Shown: positions 47,451 through 58,133 of the stretch, one piece after another
How positions within the stretch are numbered: the first letter of the stretch is position 1
Layout: each line of letters starts with the position of its first letter
Virus record (IMG/VR): IMGVR_UViG_3300021256_000002
Location: 96,001 to 160,000 of that record
Reading direction: 5' to 3' (one strand)
Source of the DNA: a virus
Taxonomy: Duplodnaviria > Caudoviricetes
DNA length: 64,000 nucleotides
Translations under genes and position numbers: made by a program
Notes under the pieces: generated by a model
What the model saw: only the letters and a program-made list of their open reading frames with translations
Databases searched by the model: none
What the model was told of the DNA's origin: nothing

Positions 47451-47735
47451 TCAACCTTTCCCACTGATCATAGAAACGATTATCTGAATATTATCAATAT
47501 ACATCACTCCGTGATGATACTGGAGCACGATATTCAATGCTGGTATAGAATTATCTTTATCAAATAACCATTTTGTTTTCTGGAATACTTCATCTGGAGT
47601 CATTTTCTTAACCTTTTCGATTGTTTCATCAGCGGTTTGCTGATCATAATCGTCGAATACAGACAATACGAAATCTCTATTCGTGTCATTGATTGTTATA
47701 GTTCGTCTAATTTTATTCATTTCTATCCCCTTCAT
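47451..47735 (-). CDS. Hypothetical protein, paralog of 47713-48054
   Basis: Shared SV.D..D..TA.E...KT.W...QYHHG...ID motif. Confidence 0.7.
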   Translation of the reverse strand: MKGIEMNKIRRTITINDTNRDFVLSVFDDYDQQTADETIEKVKKMTPDEVFQKTKWLFDKDNSIPALNIVLQYHHGVMYIDNIQIIVSMISGKG

Positions 47736-48054
47736 TTACACATTTAACAATCTTGCCTAAGGTAACTATAACTAGAACTTTATCAATAACTATTATACCA
47801 TGATGGTATTGAAATGCAAGATCTGGATATCCAGTCCGTTTATCAAGTTCGCTTACTTCAATCCAGTTAGTTTTCTTAACGATCTCATCTGATGAAAGAG
47901 CTTTGATCCTACACATTACTTCTTTAGCGGTTTCATCATCTACCGTATCTAGTACCGATATAGTGATAACCCTGCTTCCTTCATTGATGATATGAGATTC
48001 CTTGATATTAATTGCTGTTTTACACATTTTTATCATCCCACCTTTATGTAGCAA
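47713..48054 (-). CDS. Hypothetical protein, paralog of 47451-47735
   Basis: Shared motif as above. Confidence 0.7.
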   Translation of the reverse strand: MLHKGGMIKMCKTAINIKESHIINEGSRVITISVLDTVDDETAKEVMCRIKALSSDEIVKKTNWIEVSELDKRTGYPDLAFQYHHGIIVIDKVLVIVTLGKIVKCVNEGDRNE

Positions 48055-48194
48055 GGAGCCCCTTCGCGGGTCTCTATAATACTAGCTCTTTTATATCGTT
48101 TTGGGTCATATGATTCAACGGTATCTTCTGCGTATGTTCTATTGGTCGTTATAAGCCTAATTACGCCATCTACAACTACCATATATAATATCAT
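48033..48194 (-). CDS. 53-aa hypothetical protein
   Basis: MILYMVVVDGVIRLITTNRTYAE..., translated by hand; GAAAGGA RBS. Confidence 0.4.
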   Translation of the reverse strand: MILYMVVVDGVIRLITTNRTYAEDTVESYDPKRYKRASIIETREGAPCYIKVG

Positions 48195-48228
48195 ATTCCC
48201 ACATCCTTTCTTTTAAATAAGAAGTTTT

Positions 48229-48268
48229 CCTAAAAGTTAAGAAATATGAATATATATTATATTGGTAG
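48229..48268 (+). promoter_or_regulatory. Extended early promoter (third copy)
   Basis: CCTAAAAGTTAAGAAATATGAATATATATTATATTGGTAG. Confidence 0.75.
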
Positions 48269-48342
48269 CCAACGAGAAAGTCATAACCAAGAGTAAGAGT
48301 TGTGAATCGCTCGATTTCTATGTTCCGAAGGAGGAATCTGCC

Positions 48343-48738
48343 ATGGCTAACAACAACGAAACCCTCGAGATCACCACCAACCAGGACATTGCTGATGTCT
48401 TGGTCAACCTTGCGTCCGACCTAGAGGAACAAGGCAACTTTGTTGCCCCTCTGCTCAAAAATGATACGGCCGGAGCTAAGTTGGTCTTAGAAAAGCCGAC
48501 ATTCACCCTGATGGAGGTTAGCGGCCTTCTGCAGGACATCGCGGATCGGCTCCGTGAACTGGGTCCAACCGAAGCATGGAAACCTCGGCTAGTAGTCGAA
48601 GGTCCTCGAGAAGGGGACAACATCATCCCGCGGTTTGCGACACTCGCATCCAAAGAGTGCGCCCATGACATTTCGGTAGATGAATATGCGAAGGAAGGGG
48701 GTGAACATTTCGAGCAGTTCACGCTCGAGCTCAAGTAA
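48343..48738 (+). CDS. Acidic hypothetical early protein
   Basis: AAGGAGG RBS before MANNNETLE; GC-richer than its flanks; terminator at about 48742-48784. Confidence 0.7.
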   Translation: MANNNETLEITTNQDIADVLVNLASDLEEQGNFVAPLLKNDTAGAKLVLEKPTFTLMEVSGLLQDIADRLRELGPTEAWKPRLVVEGPREGDNIIPRFATLASKECAHDISVDEYAKEGGEHFEQFTLELK

Positions 48739-48807
48739 GAAAAGAAAGCAACCGGAACGGAATCCGGTTGCTTTCTTTTCTTTTATTTCTTGAAAGTATC
48801 GATACTT

Positions 48808-49011
48808 TTATCGCGTACTATCATCATCATATTCGCGGGCTTTTTGATTTGCAGTCTGACGGAATTCGCGCCGTTTTGCTTTGTTGGCTCGAATATTTGC
48901 CCTAAAACTACTTCTCATATGGGCCTGGTTTCTATCTTCTAACCATTTTTTCTTATCTGGGTCATCATACTCAGATTTTTGGGCTTGGTATCCTAATCCA
49001 CGATCGGACAT
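48808..49011 (-). CDS. Small charged hypothetical protein
   Basis: 67-aa ORF ending at a bidirectional terminator. Confidence 0.4.
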   Translation of the reverse strand: MSDRGLGYQAQKSEYDDPDKKKWLEDRNQAHMRSSFRANIRANKAKRREFRQTANQKAREYDDDSTR

Positions 49012-49239
49012 ACGCGTTGCGAGATTCCCCCATTTGTCAGAGGAAAAGTTTTTACCAAACTCTAATACTTCTGCTAGGGAGTTATAAATAAATAATAAAT
49101 CGATAGAGAAATTCTATACGATGTTGATAGCTCCTTATTCAAAAATTGCAGTACAAAATAATTATCGGCTTACACTACATCGCGTTTTAAACTACCAAGA
49201 CAAAATAGAAAGACTTTTACTGAAAGGAAGTTGAATAAA

Positions 49240-49608
49240 ATGTACAATATCTACGATGATTTTGAGAGAGTAAATGAATCTCTAGCAGAAGTAATGGAGA
49301 TGTCTCCAGATAAATTGCAAAGAGCCGCTGATGCAGCTAGTGATAAAGCTGATGCATATGGTGAAATTGCGCATGATGCAGGTAATCGTTTTTCTAGATT
49401 AACTGATTATGGTGCACATCCGGATAGAATTCATTATCCATCTGGATTAACTGGCCATGATCTTAGAAAGATTAAGAAGAACGCCCAAGAAATTGAAACT
49501 CGCAAGAATCAGCAGCATGAGCGTTTCCTTGATGCACGCGATAAAGCATCGCGCCGCGATACTATTAAGGGATTGCGCTCTGGCAGCAAACGTTACAACT
49601 TGATTTAA
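49240..49608 (+). CDS. Putative small internal head protein
   Basis: Acidic leader MYNIYDDFERVNES..VMEM followed by a basic tail. Confidence 0.55.
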   Translation: MYNIYDDFERVNESLAEVMEMSPDKLQRAADAASDKADAYGEIAHDAGNRFSRLTDYGAHPDRIHYPSGLTGHDLRKIKKNAQEIETRKNQQHERFLDARDKASRRDTIKGLRSGSKRYNLI

Positions 49609-49729
49609 GTTAAATAACCATAATGGATGTAGGAATCGATTAATTTCGATTCCTACATTTTGTAACGATATAAATCAATCCAGTTGACAAAATCGTAATG
49701 AAAATGATACCTGAAAGGGGTTAACGAAT

Positions 49730-51073
49730 ATGAATATTCAATTAAATAAAGCTCCACGAGAAATTGTCGCTGGACCGACTTTTGAAACCTTAGTAAATGC
49801 TTTTGATAGCATCATGACTAAAGGGAAAGAGTCTCTTGCTGGCGTTCAGCAGCTTAAATATGTTACTAGAGATATTTTCAATATTGATGCAGATATCTCT
49901 ATTCCTTTGTATGGTGAAGTTTCAGCATACAAATTTTATGGTTTTAGAGTTTTTCCAAAACCTTTCAAAGACCTTGCCGCAGATAAACCTGAATCAGGTC
50001 CTGTAGGGGTTATCAATGGTGTTCAGGTAGTACCTCAGCAAGCAGTCATTGAGCTTGACCCAAGACTTCTCAATGATTATAGTAATAAACTTACTCCTGC
50101 TGAAGTAGCAATTCTTTATCTTTATCATATGACGGAAATTGTTCCTGATAAAGAACTTGATAACCGTTTGGTCTTCTTGCATAAAGCGTACATGACTCCG
50201 GATAATATTGATTGGAGAATAGTTCATCTGTACACAGAAGACAATCCGTCTGTATATCGGTTGAATGTTCTACTCAATCTCTATCGTTCATACTGGGTAA
50301 ACTTCAAGAGAACTCCGTCAATGACTTCTATTGTTGCAAACTACTCAGATTCGATGAGTATCTATCGTAGTGCTATCAATAAGATTATCAAAGCTTATGG
50401 TACGATGGAACTCATTGACCGTAAGATGAGTGAATTTGATGCAGGTGCTCTTGGTATTGTGAAGTTGATATATGAATCTATCAACGACTTGAAGTATTCT
50501 GCATTCAGATTCCGTAAGAATTTGATGAATATGGTAAAAACAACTTCTTCTCCATATGCAAAGAAAATTCTCCTTGCTCTTTACCATAAATTCACTAATA
50601 AGGTTGATATGGTATTCGCAGAAGAATCTGCTCAGTTTGTTGGTCATCAGGTAAGTGAAGAAAAGACACCTGAAATGATTGCAATCGAAAATGCAAATAT
50701 CGACGCATATTGGAAGAAGCATATGAAAACTCTACTTGAGAACGTAGAAGTTCAATTCTTGGATAGAAACGGTATGGCTCTCAAGTGCAGTAAATTGGAA
50801 GTTGATGAACTTCGTGTTCAGGTAAACGATATCGATTCAACCGATGATAAGATTTTCCTTCTTGAGAAGGTTCATAAAAATCTTGCTATTATCGACAATG
50901 CACTCATGATGTTAAAGATGCCTGATAAGAAACATAAAGTCCGTCAGTCCGAAAGTGAATTGAAGAATCTCCGTACCGAATTGGGACTCATCAGAGAAAA
51001 GATTTTCAAAGCCCCTGTTGGTCCAACTCGATATGGTTTGTTTGTAAAGTATCCTGAAGGGTATGAAGGATAA
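49730..51073 (+). CDS. Late protein upstream of terminase (putative virion/packaging protein)
   Basis: 447 aa, late promoter at 49686-49697. Confidence 0.5.
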   Translation: MNIQLNKAPREIVAGPTFETLVNAFDSIMTKGKESLAGVQQLKYVTRDIFNIDADISIPLYGEVSAYKFYGFRVFPKPFKDLAADKPESGPVGVINGVQVVPQQAVIELDPRLLNDYSNKLTPAEVAILYLYHMTEIVPDKELDNRLVFLHKAYMTPDNIDWRIVHLYTEDNPSVYRLNVLLNLYRSYWVNFKRTPSMTSIVANYSDSMSIYRSAINKIIKAYGTMELIDRKMSEFDAGALGIVKLIYESINDLKYSAFRFRKNLMNMVKTTSSPYAKKILLALYHKFTNKVDMVFAEESAQFVGHQVSEEKTPEMIAIENANIDAYWKKHMKTLLENVEVQFLDRNGMALKCSKLEVDELRVQVNDIDSTDDKIFLLEKVHKNLAIIDNALMMLKMPDKKHKVRQSESELKNLRTELGLIREKIFKAPVGPTRYGLFVKYPEGYEG

Positions 51074-51100
51074 TAGTATATTGAGATAGGGTGGTATATA

Positions 51101-53380
51101 ATGGCTAATATCATAAGTAAGCCACGTCCTAAGCTCAAATCTGGAGTAGACGAGGATGGTACTCGATTCTTTTACGATATTACAACGAAGAATATTTCGT
51201 TCTTACAAACTTCTGCTGATTTGAAGAAGCTTGGTATACAGAATAATCAATTCTTCTTGAAGTTGTATGATCGTGAGCTTATAGGAGTCGACCCATTCTC
51301 GCCTTCTCTTTCCAATGAGCTTATTGAACGTATTAATTTTGAATGTGCAATGAACCCTTGGTTCTTCCGTAGAGAGTGTGTGCGTATCCCAACTGAAGCA
51401 GGTGGAACTGGACCTGGATCGGGTGTTTTGTTCATGCTTCATAGAGCAAATCTTGCACTCTCATGGTGTTTTGATAATTGCGTGAGTTTTTATGAAGTAA
51501 TCCCACGTCAGACTGGTAAAACCCAGTCCACACTGGCTAATTACAATTACGCTTTCTTATATGGAACAACGAACTCTCAGTTCAACTTCTGTTGTAAAAC
51601 TCAAGGTGACTCAGATGCTAACTTAGAGAAATTGAGAGTTCAAAAAGAGCGCTTGCCTATATATATGCAGCAAAGATTTCAGTTTGTATTCGATGAACGC
51701 TCTCAAGAAATGAAAGTCGTAGCTGGTAAGGATAACGTACGTACGTTATCTAATCCAATCACTCACAATGTGATTGTATCAAAACCATCTGCAACTACGA
51801 TAGCTAAAGCTGATGGTATTGGTCGTGGTAACTCTGCTCCTCTTCAGTATTACGATGAAGCAGAATTCACTCCATTCATTGGTACTATTCTCAAAGCATC
51901 TGGTCCGGCATTTGGTGAAGCTGCTGCTCATGCAGAAAAGAATGGTGGTATGTATGGACGTGTTATTACGTCTACACCAGGATTCATCGGTACAGAACCA
52001 GTTATTGCCATGAATGAATGGCGTGAACGTATGGGTATCTTTACTGAGAAGATGTATGATATGCCAAGTCATGGACCTGGTTCTTGGAGAGAATACATCA
52101 AAAAGAATTCTCAGAACGGATTCATGTATATCGAATTCTCCTATAAGCAGATTGGTAGAGATGAGAATTGGTATCAGAAGATGTGTGCTTATCTGAATCA
52201 CGATGTTGTTCAGATAAAACGTGAGCTTCTTCTTCAGAGAATTGCTAATAATACAAATTCTCCATTTGCTCCAGAAGACCTTGAAACAATCAATTCTTTC
52301 CGAGGTCATCCGATTGAAGAACATATCGTTCATCAAGATTTCTTACTTAGAGTCTATCGTCCAATTGATAAAACGATACCGTATGTAATTGGTGTTGATG
52401 TATCTACTGGTTTGAATGAAGACTACACGGTAGCAACCTTCATTGACCCATATACAGAAGTGCCTGTTGCAGTATTCAGAACTCCTCTTCTTGATGAAGT
52501 TGAAGCGGCTGAATGTCTGGCTGAATTGATTGCTAAATTTGCTCCTAAAGGATTACTTGCAATTGAAAGAAATAACATTGGTAGTTCAGTAATATCTATC
52601 TTACGTAAATCTAAGTGGAGAAAGTTTATATATAACGATCCAACTAAAATGGATAATACTCCTGATGATAAGCTTGATAGAAAAGGTCAATTGATAAAAC
52701 AGGCAGAAAATAGAAGATACTGGGGTATCTGTACGACTGGTAAATCAAGAGACCGTATGATGGCTATTCTTTTGAATAGAGCAATTCACGAAAAAGATAA
52801 ATTCGTATGCAACGAAATCATCGATGAGATGAATACACTCGTTAAGAACAGTCGTGGTACGATTGCAGCTGCTGCTGGATATCATGATGACTGCGTAATG
52901 TCATATCTGATTGGTATGTACGTTATCAAACACGGTATCAATCTTCGTAGATATGGAATCATTCAAGGTCTGAAGTATGATGAAGAAGATCAGAAACCAT
53001 TCCAAGAAGAGCCTGAAGACGATCCAGTGAAGATGTGGGAACGCTTGCCTGAAGCATATAAGAAGATATTCCCTAAGCCAAATCAAACATTGGTTCACGG
53101 CGTATCTGCTACAGCAGGTGCATTTGTTGAAAAAGAAGAAGATATCAGACCTAAAGAACCTGACCCATTATATAATCAGATTCAAGGAATACAGAAAAGA
53201 AGAGCTTTACGTAAAGCGATTATTGATAACGAAGACTTAGATAATATTGATATCAATAAAATTGAATCCGATAACGATTATATTCGAGAGATGGTTAGTA
53301 TGGCAGAAAACCGTACTCGAAGAACTGGAGTAGGAGATTATGGATTAGGATTTGATATTGCAGATTTGCTGAATAAATAA
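51101..53380 (+). CDS. terL: Terminase large subunit
   Basis: Walker A PRQTGKT, Walker B YYDEAEF, motif III ITSTPG, and nuclease motifs IGVDVSTG, AIERN and HDDCVMS. Confidence 0.93.
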   Translation: MANIISKPRPKLKSGVDEDGTRFFYDITTKNISFLQTSADLKKLGIQNNQFFLKLYDRELIGVDPFSPSLSNELIERINFECAMNPWFFRRECVRIPTEAGGTGPGSGVLFMLHRANLALSWCFDNCVSFYEVIPRQTGKTQSTLANYNYAFLYGTTNSQFNFCCKTQGDSDANLEKLRVQKERLPIYMQQRFQFVFDERSQEMKVVAGKDNVRTLSNPITHNVIVSKPSATTIAKADGIGRGNSAPLQYYDEAEFTPFIGTILKASGPAFGEAAAHAEKNGGMYGRVITSTPGFIGTEPVIAMNEWRERMGIFTEKMYDMPSHGPGSWREYIKKNSQNGFMYIEFSYKQIGRDENWYQKMCAYLNHDVVQIKRELLLQRIANNTNSPFAPEDLETINSFRGHPIEEHIVHQDFLLRVYRPIDKTIPYVIGVDVSTGLNEDYTVATFIDPYTEVPVAVFRTPLLDEVEAAECLAELIAKFAPKGLLAIERNNIGSSVISILRKSKWRKFIYNDPTKMDNTPDDKLDRKGQLIKQAENRRYWGICTTGKSRDRMMAILLNRAIHEKDKFVCNEIIDEMNTLVKNSRGTIAAAAGYHDDCVMSYLIGMYVIKHGINLRRYGIIQGLKYDEEDQKPFQEEPEDDPVKMWERLPEAYKKIFPKPNQTLVHGVSATAGAFVEKEEDIRPKEPDPLYNQIQGIQKRRALRKAIIDNEDLDNIDINKIESDNDYIREMVSMAENRTRRTGVGDYGLGFDIADLLNK

Positions 53381-53430
53381 AAAGAAACAACCGAGTTGAA
53401 TCTCGGTTGTTTCTTTTCTGTAGTTGGATA

Positions 53431-54822
53431 TTAGATTTCTTCCAGCTTCTTCATGATGTCTTCCTTCATCTTATCGATTTCAGCAAGTTTGTCAAGCAGT
53501 TCCTGCTTTTCTTTGACCTTTTCAAGCTTCATAGCAACCCGATCGCGGACATCCGAAATACGAGCGATGTAGCCATCCAATTCATACTGGAGTTTTTCAA
53601 GGATATTGGCATCCATACCCTTGGTAGCTTCGATGTCCCATTCTTCCATGATTTTGATACCTTCATCGATTCTGATTGGAGCGAACGGAATAGCCGGAAC
53701 GTTTGGATTCGTAAAGAGATTAACTTCCTCATCTTTATTGACTGCTTCTTCAACTTGCTCAACGGGTTTAACCTCTTCGGCATCAACATCGATTGTTTCG
53801 CCCATGATTTCTTTAGCCATCTTGTTCTTCGCCTCCATCGCTTTATCTCTGTACTCTTTGATTGTCTTGATTTCTATAAGACGGGTATTGATGTCATCGG
53901 ATGTCACATCCCTATAGTCAGGATCGCTCATTCTTGCATTCATAGCGTTTTGGTAAATGCTATCAGTTGAATATTTGGATTCGCTGTTAGTTAATTTTGC
54001 AAACTGCTCATCCAAATAAATTTTAACCATTGTTTTATAGTACATATTACTACGAGCTCTACTAAATGCAGTAGGACGGTACCCCAATATAACGGAAAGA
54101 TCATCGTCGCTCATATTTTCAAGATCAGCCTCGATGATATCTTTCCACTCACTATCAGTGATTTTATTGATGTACATCCGTTTGGATTCGACCTTCGAAG
54201 TGAAATCAAGGTCGTTTGGATCAATAAAACCGTACTGCTTAATAGTACGTAATATATACCGAAGAGCTGTCTTTTTATAGTTCGGATCACCCATCACGGA
54301 TATAATATCATCATACGTTTTTAACTCTGGATGACGTATGATGATGGATGTGATTTTTAGCCGTGCTCTATCACTATATTGGGCAAACCCAGCTGGAACT
54401 TTATTCCAATATACTTTACGACATTTGGTATTTAGTAATTTACACGCATCTTCTATACTAAGACACGCATATTTTGCAGCTACATTAATATCTCCGTTAT
54501 TCTGGAGCAAAGAATCGACCAGATACGGTAAACGTTCCTCAGGAGTTACGGATTTCATTTCTACCGTTTCGATCGGTTCTTCTTCTGGGGATTCACCCAC
54601 CTCAACGATTTTGCGATCGCTAACATAATGCAGCGGATCATAACTTGGATTAGCAACAGCACTTAACATAATTCTATTCCTCTTAACCACGGCCATTACC
54701 TGACCAACATCGCAGTGGAGTTTATTCGCAATAGACTTTTTATCATCATTGCGATTCACTCCAATCTCATATAAGATTTTCTTCTCCAGATCCCGTTTGT
54801 TCTTATTTAGCATAAGAATCAA
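53431..54822 (-). CDS. Hypothetical early protein with HTH-like segments and C-terminal coiled coil
   Basis: KSIANKLHCDVGQV and INVAAKYACLS HTH-like segments; early promoter at 54870-54887. Confidence 0.55.
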   Translation of the reverse strand: MILMLNKNKRDLEKKILYEIGVNRNDDKKSIANKLHCDVGQVMAVVKRNRIMLSAVANPSYDPLHYVSDRKIVEVGESPEEEPIETVEMKSVTPEERLPYLVDSLLQNNGDINVAAKYACLSIEDACKLLNTKCRKVYWNKVPAGFAQYSDRARLKITSIIIRHPELKTYDDIISVMGDPNYKKTALRYILRTIKQYGFIDPNDLDFTSKVESKRMYINKITDSEWKDIIEADLENMSDDDLSVILGYRPTAFSRARSNMYYKTMVKIYLDEQFAKLTNSESKYSTDSIYQNAMNARMSDPDYRDVTSDDINTRLIEIKTIKEYRDKAMEAKNKMAKEIMGETIDVDAEEVKPVEQVEEAVNKDEEVNLFTNPNVPAIPFAPIRIDEGIKIMEEWDIEATKGMDANILEKLQYELDGYIARISDVRDRVAMKLEKVKEKQELLDKLAEIDKMKEDIMKKLEEI

Positions 54823-54952
54823 CCCTCTCTTTCTTTTTTACAAGAGTTATTTTAATTGACTTACCTGTATATATTATATATTTGAAATTTGATTTAATAA
54901 TTTCAAGTACAGAATCGTAAGATATTTGAATAACTTAAGGAAGGTGAGTAAT

Positions 54953-55813
54953 TTGATTGCGAATCTTGATGATAACGTAGAAGTTTTCGGTGATGAAGTA
55001 GTCAAAATGCCGATGTTGAAAGAAGTCAGTGGAGAACTCATCGTTGAATGCATAGATGAACAGTTGGCTGACCCAACTTCAACTAATATAAACTTCTTAG
55101 AAACGTTTAAAGAAAATTATGATGATGATGTAGAAGACGCTAACGGTGATGATGACGCTACTAAAGAATTGAATGACATCGCTAGAGACTTCTACACGAA
55201 TGTGCTTGATAAAATCAATAAAAAGTATCAACTTGGTTTAGATGAAGATGAGGTATATTCTACTGGAGGAGATACTCTTAGGAATATAACCGATGGTCTA
55301 TACCAGTTCTTCTTGGTTGATTATCAAGATAACATAACTAATTATATTTCCAAAATGATAATCATAATGAAAGACGCACTCGCCGAGTCTATTCAGAAAG
55401 AAAAGAAAAATAAGAATGATGTTGTAACAGATGTGATGACGAGGAAGATTAAAAATGCCTCGTATGGTATAATTCTTGCTAATATTAACGCTGCCATCAA
55501 TCTTGTAAAAGATATGGAGATGGATACTGCTGATTTCGTCAATATGTATGACGAAGAGTATTTCCCTGTAGCAATTCTTAAGTATTGCATTAAGAATAAT
55601 CTGGTTAATGGGGACTTTGTTCCAGCATTCCTTCAGCCATTCTATATGAGAATCCAAGATGATGCGTATGATGAAATCATGCTGACGATTCAGCAGAAAA
55701 TTTTTGAAGAATATAAACGGGAATTTGGTATAAAGGATTCCATTGATATTACGGCTGAAGATATTTATACTGAAACCGACCTTGAAAACGATGAGGTCGA
55801 TGAACCCGTTTAA
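54953..55813 (+). CDS. Acidic late hypothetical protein
   Basis: TTG start after AAGGAAGGTG; late motif at 54908-54919. Confidence 0.65.
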   Translation: MIANLDDNVEVFGDEVVKMPMLKEVSGELIVECIDEQLADPTSTNINFLETFKENYDDDVEDANGDDDATKELNDIARDFYTNVLDKINKKYQLGLDEDEVYSTGGDTLRNITDGLYQFFLVDYQDNITNYISKMIIIMKDALAESIQKEKKNKNDVVTDVMTRKIKNASYGIILANINAAINLVKDMEMDTADFVNMYDEEYFPVAILKYCIKNNLVNGDFVPAFLQPFYMRIQDDAYDEIMLTIQQKIFEEYKREFGIKDSIDITAEDIYTETDLENDEVDEPV

Positions 55814-55835
55814 TTATATTGGAGGTATATCTATT

Positions 55836-56909
55836 ATGAATGAAAAAGTAACTCCGGTACATGATGAAGATTGTTTGGACATTGAAACACTCAACTTTTC
55901 AACTGAATCAATGAACACGCTGAATGAAGATGACCAAGACTTCATCAAATTGAATAAAGCCGTTGCATTGGCTAGAAGTATCAATGCATTGGATATGAAA
56001 ATTGTATATAGCTGCAGGTTGATTAGAGAGTTTTTCCCTGAAGCTGATATTGAAACCATCAAATTGATTTGCTCTCGAATTGATGATATCGAAGCAAAAG
56101 CAGTGGATGAACTCAATATGGGTTTCATTGATTCTATTCTCACTGTAGGAGACAAGAAGTATGATATGGCTCTTCCTTCTGCAATGAATAGAAAGTTCGG
56201 CGCCAAACTCAAGGAACTTAGTAAGATAGATTATTATCGTACAATCATTGGATGCCTTAAAGGGGTATCTGATGACTTGGATTCTGCTGCTAAGAAGAAA
56301 GATGAGTTTGTAGCTGCTTTTGAGAAGGAAGTTGATGAAAAGCATAAAGAAATCATCGCTTCTCCTGATAAAATAGAAGAATACACAACTTCTTATTTCA
56401 AGAAGAAATTGGAAAATCCTGAAACTGATGAAGCTACTAAGAGGAATATCGAGGAAACGCTCAAATGGATGAATTACGCATATAACCTCGAGCCGATTAT
56501 CAATACGGTACGTGGTATTCTTCAGGAGAAAGGAACAACTTCTTCTATTATATATGGATACAAACATCGTGCTAGTGGTATCTTTAAAGCTGCTATGCAG
56601 GCGTGTGAAAAACATCAGATAACTTTCCCTGTGAATACCTTGATTGGTATTGAGAGTTATCTGCTTGGAGAAGAGTACAAGAGCACTGACCATCTATTCG
56701 CTTACTTGATTGCTTGGTATATTAAATATCGTAGCTCAGGTATGAATAAGTATGAGAAGGTATTCATTACTCAACTGCTTTCTATCGTCAGTGAGATTTC
56801 TCAGCATAAGAAAGATCCTGATGATAAGAATCCTACTAAGGAAATCAAGGAGAAGTTCTCTCCGTTCTTGAAGCAGCTTATCGACCTTGTGTTAGATAAT
56901 TGCAATTAA
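55836..56909 (+). CDS. Late hypothetical protein
   Basis: GGAGG RBS before MNEKVTP. Confidence 0.65.
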   Translation: MNEKVTPVHDEDCLDIETLNFSTESMNTLNEDDQDFIKLNKAVALARSINALDMKIVYSCRLIREFFPEADIETIKLICSRIDDIEAKAVDELNMGFIDSILTVGDKKYDMALPSAMNRKFGAKLKELSKIDYYRTIIGCLKGVSDDLDSAAKKKDEFVAAFEKEVDEKHKEIIASPDKIEEYTTSYFKKKLENPETDEATKRNIEETLKWMNYAYNLEPIINTVRGILQEKGTTSSIIYGYKHRASGIFKAAMQACEKHQITFPVNTLIGIESYLLGEEYKSTDHLFAYLIAWYIKYRSSGMNKYEKVFITQLLSIVSEISQHKKDPDDKNPTKEIKEKFSPFLKQLIDLVLDNCN

Positions 56910-56969
56910 CAACACGGTAACCAGATGTATTTCTGGTTACCGTTTATTACTATACAAAGGATGATAAAT

Positions 56970-57704
56970 ATGGGTGATTTTAAGAAAAACGAAAAGAATG
57001 AAATAATCTTCCAAGGGAAGTACATGGAAATGTATATACCGCAGTTTTACTTTGATAAAAACGTCGCCCAATCAATCGGTGACCATTTTAAAACTCTCGG
57101 TATTTTGAACTTCAGAACCTTTACAGATATTGATGGTAAAGGACCTTCTAAGTTAAGAACTTTTACAATCTCTACTATTATATATACATATCCATCTGGT
57201 GGGTATACTGAAGAAACTCTTGACCTTGTTGGTAAAGGTAAAGAGAAATACTATGTACTGAAATTCTATAACGGTGATAAGTTATGCGATTCAGAACAGA
57301 TTGCTTCATTGGATAACTTCAGAGCATTTTTGGACATCTTACTTGGTGGTAAGTTACCGGGTACAATCCCATATGATGTAGTGATTGATTTGTTCAATAA
57401 TAACTTCGCGTTGAATGGTATAGACTTCCCTGTACCTGATAACGTAAAAGAAATAATCATTTCTAAGATATACCGGTATAAGAAAGACCCGTCTGTAGCA
57501 TTTGGTGTAGTATATGGAAAGAATCCGAATATCTCACCATATGACTATATCACGATGAACCCACGTGCAATAACTCGTATGGATTCAACTTATGCTGGTT
57601 TAACATTTGAAGATTTCGATGGTTCTGTTATAAGTGGTTTGCTTACAACTAAGCAGAAGCGTAAAGAAGTAGCAAGTCCTATGGAGCCAGTAATGAAAGC
57701 ATGA
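56970..57704 (+). CDS. Probable phage RNA polymerase beta' C-terminal fragment
   Basis: NGIDFPVPDNVKEIIISKIYR resembles beta' QGVKINDKHIEVIVRQMLR; ITRMDSTYAGLTFED...SPMEPVM resembles ASLATESFISAASFQE...GLKENVI. Confidence 0.55.
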   Translation: MGDFKKNEKNEIIFQGKYMEMYIPQFYFDKNVAQSIGDHFKTLGILNFRTFTDIDGKGPSKLRTFTISTIIYTYPSGGYTEETLDLVGKGKEKYYVLKFYNGDKLCDSEQIASLDNFRAFLDILLGGKLPGTIPYDVVIDLFNNNFALNGIDFPVPDNVKEIIISKIYRYKKDPSVAFGVVYGKNPNISPYDYITMNPRAITRMDSTYAGLTFEDFDGSVISGLLTTKQKRKEVASPMEPVMKA

Positions 57705-57773
57705 AAAAAAAAAGAGACGATGGAATATCAATCCATCGTCTTTTCACTTCGTCGAATTTCTTTTACCAAGTGT

Positions 57774-57966
57774 TTACGCTTTCTTCTGAAGTAACGTGTA
57801 AGACGGTAAGTCAAACAGCACTAAGATAGACTTGCCAATTTTGCGAATTTCCACGCCACTGTAACCCTTTGCAATTAGAGCATTCGACTTCTTTTCAGCT
57901 CTGGCTAAGGTCTTAACAGAGGTAGCATATCGTCTAATCGTTACGAGCCATTTTTCGTTTCCCATG
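57774..57966 (-). CDS. Small basic early protein
   Basis: GGGAGTG RBS before MGNEKW; early promoter at 58038-58055. Confidence 0.5.
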
Positions 57967-58133
57967 TCATTCACTCCCATTCTGATCAAACTTACAATCT
58001 TTTTAAAGGTCCCCCACATTTATGATTGCTACCTTACTATATTATATATTCAAAAATTATTTTTAAAAATCCTAAATCGTGAGCAGATAACATAAAACAC
58101 GATAGTAAAATACAAAATGAAAGGAGAATCATT

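Noticed and set aside
51101-53380. Intron or intein in terminase
   Set aside because: The ORF is continuous with motifs in normal order and no intein signatures.
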